Shown here: positions 24,747 to 37,688 of the stretch, in pieces
How positions within the stretch are numbered: position 1 is the stretch's first letter
Layout: each line of letters starts with the position of its first letter
DNA from: Gekko japonicus
Lineage: Eukaryota
Assembly (NCBI RefSeq): GCF_001447785.1
Contig: NW_015171594.1
Coordinates: 84,877 to 148,876, forward strand
DNA length: 64,000 nucleotides
Direction: 5' to 3'
Translations under genes and position numbers: made by a program
Notes under the pieces: model-generated
What the model was told of the DNA's origin: nothing
Seen by the model: the letters and a program-made list of their open reading frames with translations, nothing else
Databases searched by the model: none

Positions 24747-25673
24747 ATGGTAAACCGAACAGCTGTGACTGAATTCATCCTTCAAGGATTCTCTGATATG
24801 CGAGATCTACAGATTTTACATTTTCTGGTGTTCCTCACTCTCTACCTAGCAACCTTGATGGGAAATTTCCTCATCATCATAACTGTGGCCTTGGTTCATC
24901 ATCTTCACACCCCTATGTATTTTTTCCTGGCTATCTTGTCATCAGTAGATGCCTGTTTCATCTCCTCCACTGTTCCCAAATCCATGGCCAATTCCTTTAT
25001 GAATGACAACCAGATTTCTTTCTCAGGATGTGTCAGCCAGCTCTTCTTTGTTGTTGCATGCACTACTGCAGAAGTTTCCCTGCTCACTGTCATGGCTTAT
25101 GACCGCTATGTTGCAATCTGCCATCCTCTACAATATATGTTGATCATGAACTGGAATGCCTGCTTCCAAATGGCAGCTATGGCTTTGGTCTTGAGTGTAA
25201 TCAATGGAATGATACAAACAGCAAACACGTTTAGGCTACACTTCTGCTGGTCCAATGTAGTTGAACAATATTTCTGTGATATTCCCCAGTTGTTAAGGAT
25301 ATCTTGCACAGATACCAGATTCAATGAGATCTTCACGTTTGCCTGTGTTCTTACGGTGGGTTTTTTCTGCTCTGTGTTCATTTTGGTTTCTTATAGTTAC
25401 ATCTTCTCTGCTGTGTTCAAAATCCAGTCAGGCCAGGGGAAGTATAAAGCTTTTTCTACCTGCATCCCACACTTGGCTATGTTTTCTCTTTTTGTCTTTA
25501 CTGTCATGTTTACTTATATGAGGCCACAGGAGATGCTTTCTCCATCTATAGACCTGTTAGCTGCTGTTTTGTATGCTATTTTGCCACCACTCATGAATCC
25601 CATTATTTATACCTTGAGAAACAAAGACATCCAAATGGCTCTGAGAAAGAGGAGAGGTTTGAAGGTGATGTGA
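24747..25673 (+). CDS. Olfactory receptor (family 14-like), inverted paralog D, intact 308 aa
   Basis: MVNRTAVTEF start lies after the acceptor ttcctttctctctgcag. All OR motifs are present. Closely related to copies A-C. Confidence 0.96.
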   Translation: MVNRTAVTEFILQGFSDMRDLQILHFLVFLTLYLATLMGNFLIIITVALVHHLHTPMYFFLAILSSVDACFISSTVPKSMANSFMNDNQISFSGCVSQLFFVVACTTAEVSLLTVMAYDRYVAICHPLQYMLIMNWNACFQMAAMALVLSVINGMIQTANTFRLHFCWSNVVEQYFCDIPQLLRISCTDTRFNEIFTFACVLTVGFFCSVFILVSYSYIFSAVFKIQSGQGKYKAFSTCIPHLAMFSLFVFTVMFTYMRPQEMLSPSIDLLAAVLYAILPPLMNPIIYTLRNKDIQMALRKRRGLKVM

Positions 25674-25823
25674 TGGCCTCAAAGAGCTTTAAGATGATAT
25701 TTTGCCACCTAACACTGGGACTTGGCTTATGGAGCTGCTACCCCATTTAGATATTATTCACTGATGTAGCAACCATGGAATGTACCCAATTTGAATACTA
25801 TTGACTCCTTAGTAACTGTGGGA

Positions 25824-25824
<1 letters not shown>

Positions 25825-25878
<54 letters not shown>

Positions 25879-25901
25879 ATCTATCCATCATCATCATCAT
25901 C
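25825..25901. repeat. (TCTA)n plus (TCA)n microsatellite
   Basis: Read directly from the sequence. Confidence 0.95.
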
Positions 25902-25904
25902 AAA

Positions 25905-27345
25905 AATATATGTGCTGCTATTCCAGGAAACTGCTTGAGTCAGCTAACAAAATGAAAATAATAATAAAAATAAACAAAAGATTAAAATATATTAACATCC
26001 AGCATCATAAAACCAACTCAGCCTATAAACTTAAAATAACAGTTTCCAAACTAAAATAGTGTTGAAAGATCAATCTCTTAATCAAAAGCCTTGGTGAAGA
26101 GAAGCATTTTGGCCTTGCACCTAAAAGAAAGCAATGTAGGTGCCAGGTGAACCATAAGGGGAATGGCACTGAACAAGTGAGGTGCCGCTGCTGAAAAACC
26201 CTGTCTCTGATTGTCACATGCCTCATCTCTGAAGGCAGAGCACAGACGGCTTTTGAGGCAGATCTTAACTGGTGCTGGACAATATGGGTGGTGGTGGTCC
26301 TTTAAGTACCCTAGCCCCAAGCCATTTAGGGTGTGAAAGGTAAGAGCTATCCCCATGAATTGTGCCCAGAAGACTGGTGCTTGCCCCTACACAAGCACAA
26401 GCTTTTGCCCACCCCCCACATCCTCAAAGGAATCATGTGGAAGGGTGAGCCTATCAGGAGGCAGCGCGGGAGCACTGACCTATCAGGGAAGGCTGGCCAG
26501 CCAGATCTAGCGGTGGCAGCCATTTCCCCGGCCATTCCAGCCAAAGACCAGCTCCCCACCCACCCGTCCTCAGCTGGCAACCATGTAGGAGTAACCAGTC
26601 ACTGGTTCTGGGGCTGAGCAAGAATGTTTTGGGTCTCTCTCAAATTGGCTTCTAGGGGGGCTTTTTTTTTGCCTGCTTCACATGGTCCTTGAGGGTTGTG
26701 GCATAAATAGGCCTGTTAATCTGGTTAGGCCCCTCTGGGATGGGAAAGCACGGGATGAGGGGGTAGATTGGAGATTGCACGCACCCTGAGATATCAGCGA
26801 TGGGGGGGGGTCCTCAAACTTGGTATCTAGTGGCTTTGCAGTCCAGGAGCCTCAGATGGGGGCCCCTCCGGCGGTAGGGAAGCACACGGTGAGTTTTAAG
26901 GCTTAGTAGCCATGGCAAGAATGTGCTCCTCTGTCCCCGCTACACACTTGGAGTGCAGGCCATGATGGGTATGGTCCAAAAGGATTCCAGACCTGGCTCT
27001 GAGCTGGGATGGGTTTGCCCTGTTAAGAAGCTCGCTTCGCAAGCACAGTCCAACCCATGCTTAAATGGTATAAGGGATACAGAGCAGCTTGTATGTAAAT
27101 AAAGTCCCAGTTTAACCCATAAATTGTGTTGTGTTTCATTCAAGGGGTGCATGGCCAAACAAATGGACAGTGTGTGCAGATGCTTCAACTCTGGGATGAT
27201 ATAGACCTGCCCCGGACAATACCTTGGCTGCTGCATTTTCCAGACCATTCTCAAAGGTAGTTCCATGTAAAGAGCATTATAGTAATCTAACTGAGATATA
27301 GCAAAGCATAGATCACCATGCCCCAATCATGCTTTTCAAGGAGCA
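25905..27345 (-). mobile_element. Old L2 3' fragment split by later insertions (including a GC-rich LTR-like segment at about 26350-26944)
   Basis: Minus-strand remnants LDYYNALYMELPL (about 27290) and LNGLGLGYLKD...AKMLLF (26080-26340). Confidence 0.6.
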
Positions 27346-27349
27346 TCTG

Positions 27350-27625
27350 TAGAAGATGAAGAAGAGAAGAGATTGGATTTATACCCCACCCTTCACTCAG
27401 AGTCTCCGAGAGACTTACAACCCCCTTCCTTTCCTCTTCTCACAACAGATACCCTGTGAGGTAGGTGGGGCTGAGAGAGCTCTGAGAGAACTGCTATTGA
27501 GAAAACAACTCTGAGAGAACTGTGACAGACCTAAGGTCACCCAGCAGCTGCATGTGGAGGAGTGGGGAATCAAAACCAGTTCTCCCAGATTAGAATCCGC
27601 TGCTCTTAACCACCATATCAGCCAA
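27350..27625 (-). mobile_element. tRNA-derived SINE (Squam3-like)
   Basis: Clear alignment to 19520-19782. Confidence 0.85.
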
Positions 27626-29299
27626 AACTGATAAAAGGTGCTGTGTGACACCAGATCTGAGCCTCCAACAAGCTTGTTCCTTTTGTGAGGAGGGGACAGG
27701 CTGAGATTTCAATCTTTGTGCAGCTTTTGCTAGTATAAGGATGACCACACTTCATTTATTCATTTATTTAAATGGTTGAATACTGCATTTTCCATGTCGT
27801 TGGCCAAAGGTAGGTTTTCTTCCACTCTCTTCCTGTCCAGACACGCCTGTGTTTTGATTTGTTCCAGAGACAGACCCAAATTACTGTTATCTTTTATGTG
27901 TTCAAAGGGAAGATAGTTCTCCTTGTTAAGCCTTGGTGCAATCAGGGCTGTCAAGACCCCAGTTCCAGAGGCAGAACCAAATCACTGTGATATAGATGAG
28001 AAAACCAACCCTGCTGTGTATGGCCACCATTCTTAAGCTAAGAGCCATTTCCTTGTTATTTCTGAGCCATTCTCTAGGCTTAAGCCGGCCCTCTGTATTG
28101 TGTGAAGCACAGCCATGTTGAGAAACATGCAAGCATTTCTGGGTGTCCTAAAGGACCAAGTCAGCACAAATTCAGTTACAGGGTCATCCTGACCCTCCAG
28201 AAAGAAGAGTGTCTTATTGTATTGTATCCTTTAGGCTGAACAAGAAATAGTTAGGAGGTGTATTGAGTTCGAAGGTCATTCGTTTGTTACAGTGGATCCA
28301 CTGGCAAGCCACCCCAGAGACCAAGTGGTGACAGAAGTCGAGATAAGACCCCCGTAAGTGTCTGCTCTGTTCTTCACATCCTCCCCAAACACCTCTAAAA
28401 CTGTCACGACTCAGGTGGGGTGTCACCTGACGCTGCCACCACTCTGGATTTAAGTTCCCTTGAGAAGGCCCAGAGCACCCTCCCAAGACCTTCAGACCTC
28501 CCTTTAGGCCGAATAACAGGCGTGAGGACCAGGCAGAGTAAAACAAGAAAAAGGTTTATTTTATAGGAGGTCAAACAACAAGGTGCAGAATAATAACAGT
28601 AAGTGGGTGAAAAGAAAAGAAATCAAATGCCCTAACTCATCTAAATATACTTTCCCTAGCTCACTATCTCAAGTGGCCTTACACTACTCACCCCTCCCTC
28701 AGGATGAGGGTTTTTCCCCTGCAGCAGCCTTTCTTCTGGCTCTGCCCTCTGGAAGAAAGAACAGCTCTTCCTGCTGCTCCAGAACGTTTATTCCAAGCCC
28801 TCCTCTTTTCCTATTGGTCCATTTTGGCTCCAAAACCTCACCTACTGCTAGCCAGGCTCCTTGGGGCTAGTAGGCCTCTGGTAGCACAGCCCAGATCTGC
28901 ATGCAACACAGCAAACATGCAGGGAGCATGCAGATATGCATGTGCTCAGCATGCCCAGAGTGATGTCATGTGGGCATGGGGAGGTTGGTTTGGACACCCC
29001 ATTGAAGGCAGAATCTTAGAGTAGCACAGGGTCCTCATCATCATCTCATCGAAACTCTATGGCCCCGCCCCCAGCGTGCCCGGCGTGGCTGCGTCACTTA
29101 CAGGTGACGTGCCGACGCCCCCGGGGGGGACTTGGCAAGCCTATAAATAGTGCAGTTTTAATCCACTTCGATGACCCTTTGCAAGTAGGTTTTACCATTT
29201 CACACAGTAAAATCCAGTTGTAAAGTGCATTATTTAGTGTGTGTGCAAGTGCCCAAAGAGGGACATCTCAGTCAAGGAGATAACACCTATATTCCCTTG

Positions 29300-29632
29300 G
29301 GCCCATTCTCCATCTCATGTCCGCTCCGTTGTTTTACCAAACACACACTGGAACAGAAAAAGGTGCAGCTCAAAACCACATTCAAATACCCCGGGCCAAT
29401 GATGTACTGACTGCAGAGTCATGCCTGAATGGCCATAAAATGGCCATAAATCTATGCAGACAGTACCATAAAACTGAGAGACTGAAGGATGTGAAACTGG
29501 CATGCAGTGTGGAGGCTACCATAAAATGTGACGATCAAAGAAAGTGAAAGTGGCATGCAATGTGCAGGGGAATTTCTGTTCCAGCGTGGGTTTGGTAAAA
29601 CAGCAGAGTGAACGCTAGATGCAGAATGGGCC
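29300..29632. mobile_element. PIF/Harbinger-like MITE
   Basis: About 60-bp TIRs ggcccattctccatct...ctggaacagaaa / tttctgttccag...gcagaatgggcc. 3-bp flanks ttg / tta. Confidence 0.8.
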
Positions 29633-29815
29633 TTAAAGTGATATACCACCCCCACCCCCATGTCCAGGCATGCTGAGTCACTCACTCCAATAGACCCACC
29701 AGGAAAGGTGGGATATAAATATTTCAATTAATAAATAGGTGGGATAAGAGTGGGATTTAGTCATCTCAATCTATCGTGTTTTCTGTTGCCCCTTTCTTCA
29801 GATTACTGGGGTCAA

Positions 29816-30487
29816 CGTATGTATGTATGTATTTATTTATTTATTAATCAAACTTATACCCCGCCCTCCCCCGTAGGGCTCAGGGCGGCTAACAGGCAAA
29901 AATTGCAACAATAAAATATAGTTCTCAAAGTTAAAAACAGTAAACATTTAAAACTAATCTTAATACAAGTTAATTTAAATTCAAATCCAAATTTAAACTT
30001 AATTTAAAGTGCTCGTTGCTCTTCACATCCAAAAAAAACTCCACAAGGTGACGGTCCAGTCCAGAGGTTCCCCCAAAGTCATTCGATGGTTCCGACATTC
30101 AATCAAATAAGATGTTTAAAATGTTCAAAAAAAGTTCCAGTGTTTCCGATGTTTCCTTCCTTCCCAGGGCCTCTTCCACCCCCCATGATGGTCATATAAC
30201 GAGGGGGGGCGGGAGGCGGTGGCCCCTACTTGAAGGCCTGGTGGAAGAGCTCCATCTTACAGGCCCTGCGGAACTGCATCAGGTCCCGCAGGGCCTGGAT
30301 CTCCTCCGGGAGCTCATTCCACCAGGTAGGGGCCGCCACCGAGAAGGCCCTGGTCCTGGTAGCGACCAACTTTGCATCTCTGGGGACCGGTGCAGTTAAT
30401 ACGTTTTGGGCCCCAGACCGTAGTGCTCTTGGGGGAACATACGGGGTAAGGCGGTCCCTCAGGTAGGCTGGACCCAGACCATGTAGT
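29816..30487 (-). mobile_element. L2 LINE 3' fragment (same family as 12449-14578)
   Basis: Reverse complement matches 13980-14230. Tail is (AAAT)n/(ACAT)n. Confidence 0.88.
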
Positions 30488-30660
30488 TCTCCATTTTATC
30501 CTCCCAACAGCCCTGCCAGGTTGAGAATGAATAACAGGTCCCTAAGATATCTTTGATCTTTCTGGCTTAGCATGGATTTGAACCTTGGTCTCTTCAGCTG
30601 CAGTCTAGCTCTCTAATCACCCCACTGACTTTTAGATCCTGCAGCTGTAAAGCAATGATT

Positions 30661-31109
30661 GGCACCGGTCACATGGGAGGTTTTGCCCCGCAAGAGGGAA
30701 AGATCGGGGGCGCATCAAACGGGCGCGATCACACCACAATATCTGGGAAGTGGAGCGCACCCGTCCCTGATCCGTCCTTTCCGGGTGAGACCGCGCATCA
30801 AAAAAAACCCCTAGAAAAGAGTACTACGTACCTGAAGCTCCGCAGAAAGGGCGGCTGTGGGATTGCCGGCGCGCCCGTCTTCCGTAGCATTCGAGGCTCC
30901 CGGCCAAACTATGCATGCACGCACATGCACAGCCAGCTGCCTCGCTCTCTGTCCCGTGGCTCCCCACCCCCCCGGCATCTGATCGTGCCGGGAAGCAACT
31001 CCATGGCGGCTCGGGGGATCTGTCTGATCCTGCCGCCGCGTGTCTATTTTGCTGCGGCTCAGAAAAGCCGCACTTTGGCCGTGCTTTGTTCCCCCGTGTG
31101 ACCGAGGCC
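30661..31109. mobile_element. CpG-rich PIF/Harbinger-like MITE
   Basis: TIRs ggcaccggtcacatggg / cccgtgtgaccgaggcc. 3-bp TSD att / att. Confidence 0.85.
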
Positions 31110-32469
31110 ATTCTCAAGCTTTCTGGGAACACATTGTAGGTTTGGCTTGCCTGAAACAAAATTCTGTCCATTGCAGAGGGTTCTGGGTAGGGTAAGAGTT
31201 AGAGGTTGGACCTCACCGTTGCTCCCTGTGAACAGAATCCACTCAAGAGGTGTCCAATGCTTCTCTGCAGATTGGAAGTGGCAGATTTCCTATCTCTGGG
31301 GGTAGCTGATCTGCCCTTACTGAAATTCTAATTGAGGAAGTCCTGATAAGCTCTTGAAGAATCTACATGATCCCTGGAACACAGTTCAGAAACAATGTTT
31401 GTAATGTATCTACATTGACTCAATCCTTCCTAATCATGGTAACACAAGTAGATCAGGCAGTTAAATTTTCTCTAAATACTTAAACTGATAACTTCCATTG
31501 GACTCTTGAGATGAAATCTCTAGGAACACAAGAACTGTATTAATTAACGTTTCTCCCTTGGCAACAACTTCTTACTACCAGTATATTTTTTACAGTGTCA
31601 TAATATGACTGGGGGAGGGGGTAAACAACTTATTTCATAGGTTGCTGCTTGATATTTGATGCTCAAAAATGGTAGAGACAGAAAAGAGACTATATCAGGA
31701 CCAGGAAGGGAATCCATGAACACAAAAAGTAAGTGTGTGAATATAGCTTTCCTCATAAACAGAGGTTTTTTTCTGGGCCTCCTGATATACTGTGTGAGTG
31801 GGATAGTGAATCTAAAGACAAAAACCTACTTGTAATCAGGGCATCCGGCATTTGCCATAATGTGCATAAGCTGATGATGACAAGTAGCATTCTTATAATC
31901 TAGAAAGGCCTCCTCACTGTTTTTAGTGTGAAGATCCTCTAAAAGTGAACAATGAGGCACATGGTGAGCAGCTAACAATCTGTGTTTGGAAATCTTCCAT
32001 GCAGAATTATAATTTGATGGGGGAAACAACACATCATTGTTATAATGATTGAAATATTGGGCATGCAAAAAGTGTTTTACCAGTCCAAGTGCCTGTATAG
32101 CCCATCATGACATTTAGAAGGCTGTGGGGGTGCAATTTTTATTCTTCATATGTATGTTATGTACATTAAACCCTGATAGAAGAAAACCAGCATTTCGTGG
32201 GGAAAGAGAGCTAGCTAAAACCTATCAACTTTTCTAGTTTGCTATTTATGTTATTTTTTAAAAATAGTGGCAACAAAAAATAAAACCCACCTGTTAGAAT
32301 GATACAGTCCCTTCTCTCTATGTCCTCATTTGGTTGTGTGTGCAGATCCAGAGTTTAGGTGTTCTGGATCACTGGTGTTGTAACTTGCTCAGGGCACTTC
32401 TTTAAATAATGTGGAATTCCTTTCTTTTCTAAATTCACTAAATAGTATAGGGGAGGGTCTGTTAGGAGA

Positions 32470-32715
32470 AGGACTGTGGCTCAGCAGAAGAGCCCCTCCT
32501 CTGCATGCAGAAGGTCCCTGGTTCAATCCCTGGCATCTCCAGTTAAAAGGAGCAGGCAGTAGGTGATGTGAAAGACCTCTTCTTGAGACCCTGGAGAGCT
32601 GCTGCCAGTCTGAGTAGACAATACTGACCTTGATGGACTGATGATCTGACTCAGTACAATTGTTATGGCAATAAAGGTCGATTGATATTGACTCAGTACA
32701 AGGCAGCTTCATGTT
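32470..32715 (+). mobile_element. tRNA-derived SINE (Squam2-like); related copies at about 37820-37990 (-) and 53595-53785 (-)
   Basis: tRNA head gtggctcag...ggttcaatccctggcatctcca followed by a body ending aggcagcttcatg. Confidence 0.8.
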
Positions 32716-33418
32716 TCTCTCTGTGTGTGTGGTTTTAGAAAGCTGTGGAACTGGAGCAACAGATTTCAGGATCTGGAAAGATTTCAAGTACAGTATTACT
32801 GTTTTCAGCTTTTGAGTAATTATGTTGTCATGTATGTCTGCACTCTTTCCATTTTCTGCAAGAGAGTGTAATACAGTTCCTGTGACAGGGAACACTTTTA
32901 GGACCTCCAGATATTGATTCTTGTTTACATTCTAATTGTCATTCTAACCATTCCATAAGAAGCAACACAATACTTCCTTTCTCAATATGCCCAGTTATAG
33001 ACAAGAGGGTTTTTTTTGTAATTATCAACACACATGCATTCCGAAGCAAACACAGATATTTTATGTCACTGGGCTTCATCTCAACACAAGAATTTGTATT
33101 AATTTATTTACATATGCATAATAGTATAATGTCCCTCTGTAGAAAGAGGATGTTGGGATAGGATGCCACAGCTCCCATTCTCGAAGCAACCCTTTGCTCG
33201 GTACTTTCTGTCCAGTTATCATTTTGTAGAACAGGGCATGTGATCATACATGCTCATAATATGAAGCTCATTTACTAAACTGTACAGATTCATGCAGTTT
33301 GCCTGTGTTGATATTTTTAGTAACTAGTTACAGCTATGAGAAAGACCCTCTCTTGTGCACATAATAAGTAGCTCTTGGAGCTCCCTATTCTAGTGACATC
33401 ATCAATAATGACACGGGG

Positions 33419-33519
33419 TTCTGAATGTCACCATCTCTACCTTCATGCTGTAGAGGAGCAGCAGCAGTTTTCTGAATGTCACCATCTCTACCTTCATGCT
33501 GTAGAGGAGCAGCAGCAGT
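33419..33519. repeat. Perfect 51-bp-period tandem duplication
   Basis: ttctgaatgtcaccatctctaccttcatgctgtagaggagcagcagcagt occurs twice. Confidence 0.95.
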
Positions 33520-33813
33520 GCTGGTCAGTGAACCAACTGACTGACTATCCAGGAGATCATCCCACTCGCCTTCCATTCTACTCCCCCCTTCGAGTGTTCA
33601 CCAACAGCCAAGAATTACACATTTTGTTTTTAGTTTGAAGGATCCAAATGTTGAAGCAGAAATACACTCTGCTTCTTCTGTCATCTAATCACAATAAACA
33701 TCAGGGTCATCATGAACAGATGCTGAAGATTTCATCCGATCAAACTACAAGTGTCTAATCTTTTCCATATATTCTCTTCTACAGGGTGCATTCAAGAGAT
33801 TACTGAGTGCAAA

Positions 33814-34770
33814 ATGTACAACCAAACCTTTGTGTCAGAGTTTCTGCTCCTCGAATTCTCAGACGTTCGAGATCTGCAAATTCTGTACTTTGTTGTGTTC
33901 CTGGTCTTGTACTTTGCAATTGCTTCCGGGAATCTGCTCGTCATCTCTGCAGTAGCCTACGATCAGCATCTGCATGTGCCCATGTACTTCTTTCTGATGA
34001 ATTTGGCCTTGCAGGACTTTGGTCAAGTCTCAGTCATTATTCCTAAATCCATGATCAATTATTTCATGAATACCAGGCACATTTCTTATTCAGGATGTGT
34101 TGCTCAGGTCTTCTTCTTTCTCTTTTTTGTAGCATCAAATTTCTTCCTCCTCGTATTCATGGCCTATGATCGGTATGTTGCCATTTGCAATCCATTACAC
34201 TACAAGATGGTGATGAATACACAAACCTGCATTCAAATGATTGCTAGTTCATGGGCTATTGGCATTGTTTATGCAGTGTTACACACCAGAGGTACATTTA
34301 CAGTTACTTTCTGTTCTAATATTGTCAATCAGTTTTTTTGTGAAATCCCACGGTTACTTAAACTGTCCTGCTCTGATCTATATCTAATAGAAATCAGAGC
34401 AATTCTGTTGACTATTGTCATCATTGGTTTTGCCTGTTTTGTCTTCATCATTGTAACCTATGTGTACATCTTCACTGCAGTGCTGAGAATTCCCTCTGTG
34501 CAGGGAAGGCAAAAGGCCTTCTCCACTTGCCTTCCCCATCTCATTGTCTTTTCTACATTTCTGTTTACTGGAACTTTTGCCTATCTGAGGCCCACTTCTG
34601 ACACCCCGTCATATCTGGATTTAGCATTAACTATTTTATATTCCATGCTTCCCCCGGTGCTGAATCCAGTAATCTATAGCATGAGAAATAGGGAAATTAA
34701 AAATGCTATGTTTAAATTACTGGGATTGAGGCACCCTTCAATGAATATTTTTTCCAATTTTCTTCTGTAA
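33814..34770 (+). CDS. Olfactory receptor (family 14-like), intact 318 aa
   Basis: MYNQTFVSEF start lies after the acceptor ctcttctacag (33784). Motifs LHVPMYFFL, MAYDRYVAIC, KAFSTCLPHL and PVIYSMRN. Confidence 0.96.
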   Translation: MYNQTFVSEFLLLEFSDVRDLQILYFVVFLVLYFAIASGNLLVISAVAYDQHLHVPMYFFLMNLALQDFGQVSVIIPKSMINYFMNTRHISYSGCVAQVFFFLFFVASNFFLLVFMAYDRYVAICNPLHYKMVMNTQTCIQMIASSWAIGIVYAVLHTRGTFTVTFCSNIVNQFFCEIPRLLKLSCSDLYLIEIRAILLTIVIIGFACFVFIIVTYVYIFTAVLRIPSVQGRQKAFSTCLPHLIVFSTFLFTGTFAYLRPTSDTPSYLDLALTILYSMLPPVLNPVIYSMRNREIKNAMFKLLGLRHPSMNIFSNFLL

Positions 34771-35644
34771 ATGTGACTTCTATGTGCAGTCAACTGTATT
34801 AAAAACTTACTTTATTTACCAGTTGTACATATTTCTATCCTGTCTTTCAACCAATATATTGCATGGTTGTTTGCAATAACCAATAAACCGTACACCACAA
34901 TTCAACAACAATTTTTTAAAAAAGGATAAAACAACAGCATCATCTCCCCATACACAACGGCATTAAAATAACAGTGTAAAAACAGCTGTCTGAATAGGAA
35001 TCACCAGTACATTAAAAGCTTGGGTAAATAACACCATTTGGATTATGTACCTAATGCTTGACAAATAAGTAGAAGAACCCCTCTGAGAGGGGCATTCTGC
35101 AACCACAGACAAGGCCCTTACTGCAGAAGTCTACCACCTAATTGCTGAAGGAGACTGAACCCAGAGAAGTTCCTATGAAGATGATTTCTGGAAGGATCAG
35201 CTTCCTAATGGTTTATGCAACTTTTTAGGTATCTTGGTCCCAGATCTTAATGAGGTTTATGAATCAAAAGCAGGAATTGGAATTGTAGAAAAAATGGAAG
35301 ATGATATAGGGATATAAACACTGAGGAGATATTAAAAAATGGCCAGTTTCCATTTGTAGTCTATCTCCTGGCTACTACATAATAACCAAGTTGCTTTTGT
35401 GGATTGCTCCTTCCCATATAAACGTTTGCTTTAAATGGCTTTTGCAAACCCAAGATGCACACAAGGAACTGGGAAGTGGTGTGATTTCACCTGGAAAGTG
35501 GGTGAACTCATGCCACCAGCTGAGCCTGAATAAAAGCCAAATAATATCAGCTTTTATTTGGGTTCAGCTACATCAGTATGCTAAGGCATTTTTCAGGTAT
35601 TTATTTGGCTTGGTATATACTGAGCACACACCCCTAGTGGGTAC

Positions 35645-35940
35645 ATGAGAGAGTGCCTTTTCCATAGCAGCTCCATGATTATGGAACAACCTCTTCAGGG
35701 AGGTGCACTTGGCCCCCTCACTTTTGATCTTTAGGAAGCAGTTGAAGACAGTTTTATTTAGGATTACATTTGGTCACGTTTAGTAGCAGTCCTGAGTAGT
35801 GATTTTAAATGTTAGTTTAATGTTTTTAAATGCATTTTATCCTATGACTTTTTTATCTGTGTTTGTAAGCTGTCTTGAGCTCCATAAGGAATGAAGGTGA
35901 CTAATCAGTGTTTCACATAAATAACAATAAATAAATACAA
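35645..35940 (+). mobile_element. Old L2 3' end
   Basis: gccttttccatagcagctcc...tggaac...gtaagctgtcttgag...aataaataaat. Confidence 0.6.
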
Positions 35941-37134
35941 TTAATGATGTTGGAAGCAGGAATTGTGGCTGTGCTGTTTCCATTGAGGACATTTGTGGCC
36001 AAGACTGCCTATGTACTCCCTCCCAGTGAGACAACCTTATGTTATTCATGCACAGCACTGGTGAGTTATACCAACACACTCAACAAAAATCTAAATAAAA
36101 TATTTACATAAAATCATCATGATATACAAACTGGTTTTCATCTTAAATGTTCAGGTACTGAATAATATGATACAGAGCTACTCATAAGACTCACAGCTTA
36201 TGTAAATTATTTTCCAGTAGCAGTGCATACATGGTCTATAGTAGTTGAATCAGTGGATCAGAAGTGTTTTGTGCACACAGCTGATGAAAAAGAGGCAGCT
36301 GCTTTTAGAAGAGTGGACCAGTGCCCAATCAAATCACAAATTGAACTGAATTAGTATTTGGTTGTAGGAATCCTAAATTGCATTTGATTAGCTGGAATAA
36401 TAAATATTTATCAGTCTTCTTTTCTCATTGACAAACTTTTCTGGAGAGGCTTTTGGCAGAACACCCATAATCAAAAAGCTTCAGCAATGCTTTTCTGATC
36501 CCGTTTTCTCATGAGGGGATTATGGTTGAAATGATACCAAAAACTATCTAGACAAGATGTTGTGATAGAAAGGGACTTTACATAGCCAAAGAGCACAGTG
36601 AATGCAAGCAGAGACACCACAGTGAGGTAAGGCATTCTCAATACTGTAGCAAATATCTGTAGGTAGGTTACTATGATGAAGTCACAATATCCTGTTGCAA
36701 TGCTAATGCCAAACAGCTAGGTACAGTCAGAGCTGGACAGCTATAGTAACTGTGGGATTTCATAAAAGAACTGATTGACAATTCTGGAGCAGACATCAAT
36801 TGCAAATGTTCCCCCAGTATGCAATGCAACACAGAGCACACTGCTAATTCATACACTGGCTGCCAATTAAATGCAGGCTTCTTTCAACATAATTACCTTA
36901 TAAGGTGTAGAGGATTGAAGATCGCAACCTCACAGTCATATGCCATTATTATTTGGAGGGCAAGGTGTGATGTTCCAAAGACAAAGAAAACTTGAGCTTC
37001 ACATCCAGAATAAGAAATGGTTCCACTACTCCTGGGGAAATTGGGGTACCATAACAGAAATGGAGCCAAGGTCCAATATGATCAAATTAATTAGGAAGAA
37101 GGTGGTGGAGGTGGTGATCAAAGGTTATTGATTG

Positions 37135-37688
37135 ACGTCGCTTCTTTTTGCAACGGCTAAACTACCAATTGCCTCTGTATGGAAATCCCCTAATCCCCCC
37201 ACATTGTCTCTCTGGCACGATAAGCTATGGGAACAGTTCATCATGGCTAAAATTAATGGTCTAAGTCGAGAGACCCAGACACCTTGCACCACATTACATA
37301 TGAAATTTAGAAAGCTCTGGGCACCGGTGGTGACATATATGTCAAAATACGAAATTCTCCCCACAAACATGAATTATCACAGGTGGTTGTTCTTATAACG
37401 TAACACTCACTTTATTAATCTGGACAGTTGAATAAGTCTACATCTATTGAATGGTCAATAACATTATTCAATGGTGCAAACGTTCAGAGGAGACAATAGA
37501 TAAAATGTCGAGTAAAGTATAGTCAAAAAGATCATCTAGATTTTAACCAGGGTTCCTTAAAGTTCATAGTTTAACCAATATACATTCATTTACTGTATAC
37601 CCCTTGGCTGCTTTTGAGGTGTTGTTGTTTCTTTCTCTGCATTTGAATGTACTTTAAAGTAAAAGAATAAAAATATAATTTTTTTAAA
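37135..37688 (+). mobile_element. L1-clade LINE 3' fragment
   Basis: ORF2 C-terminus AKLPIASVWKSPNPPT...W, AATAAA near 37666, and a perfect 15-bp TSD aaaggttattgattg (37120-37134 / 37689-37703). Confidence 0.88.

Noticed and set aside
28402-29030. Possible solo LTR starting TGTCACGAC
   Set aside because: No matching right terminus or TSD could be found.
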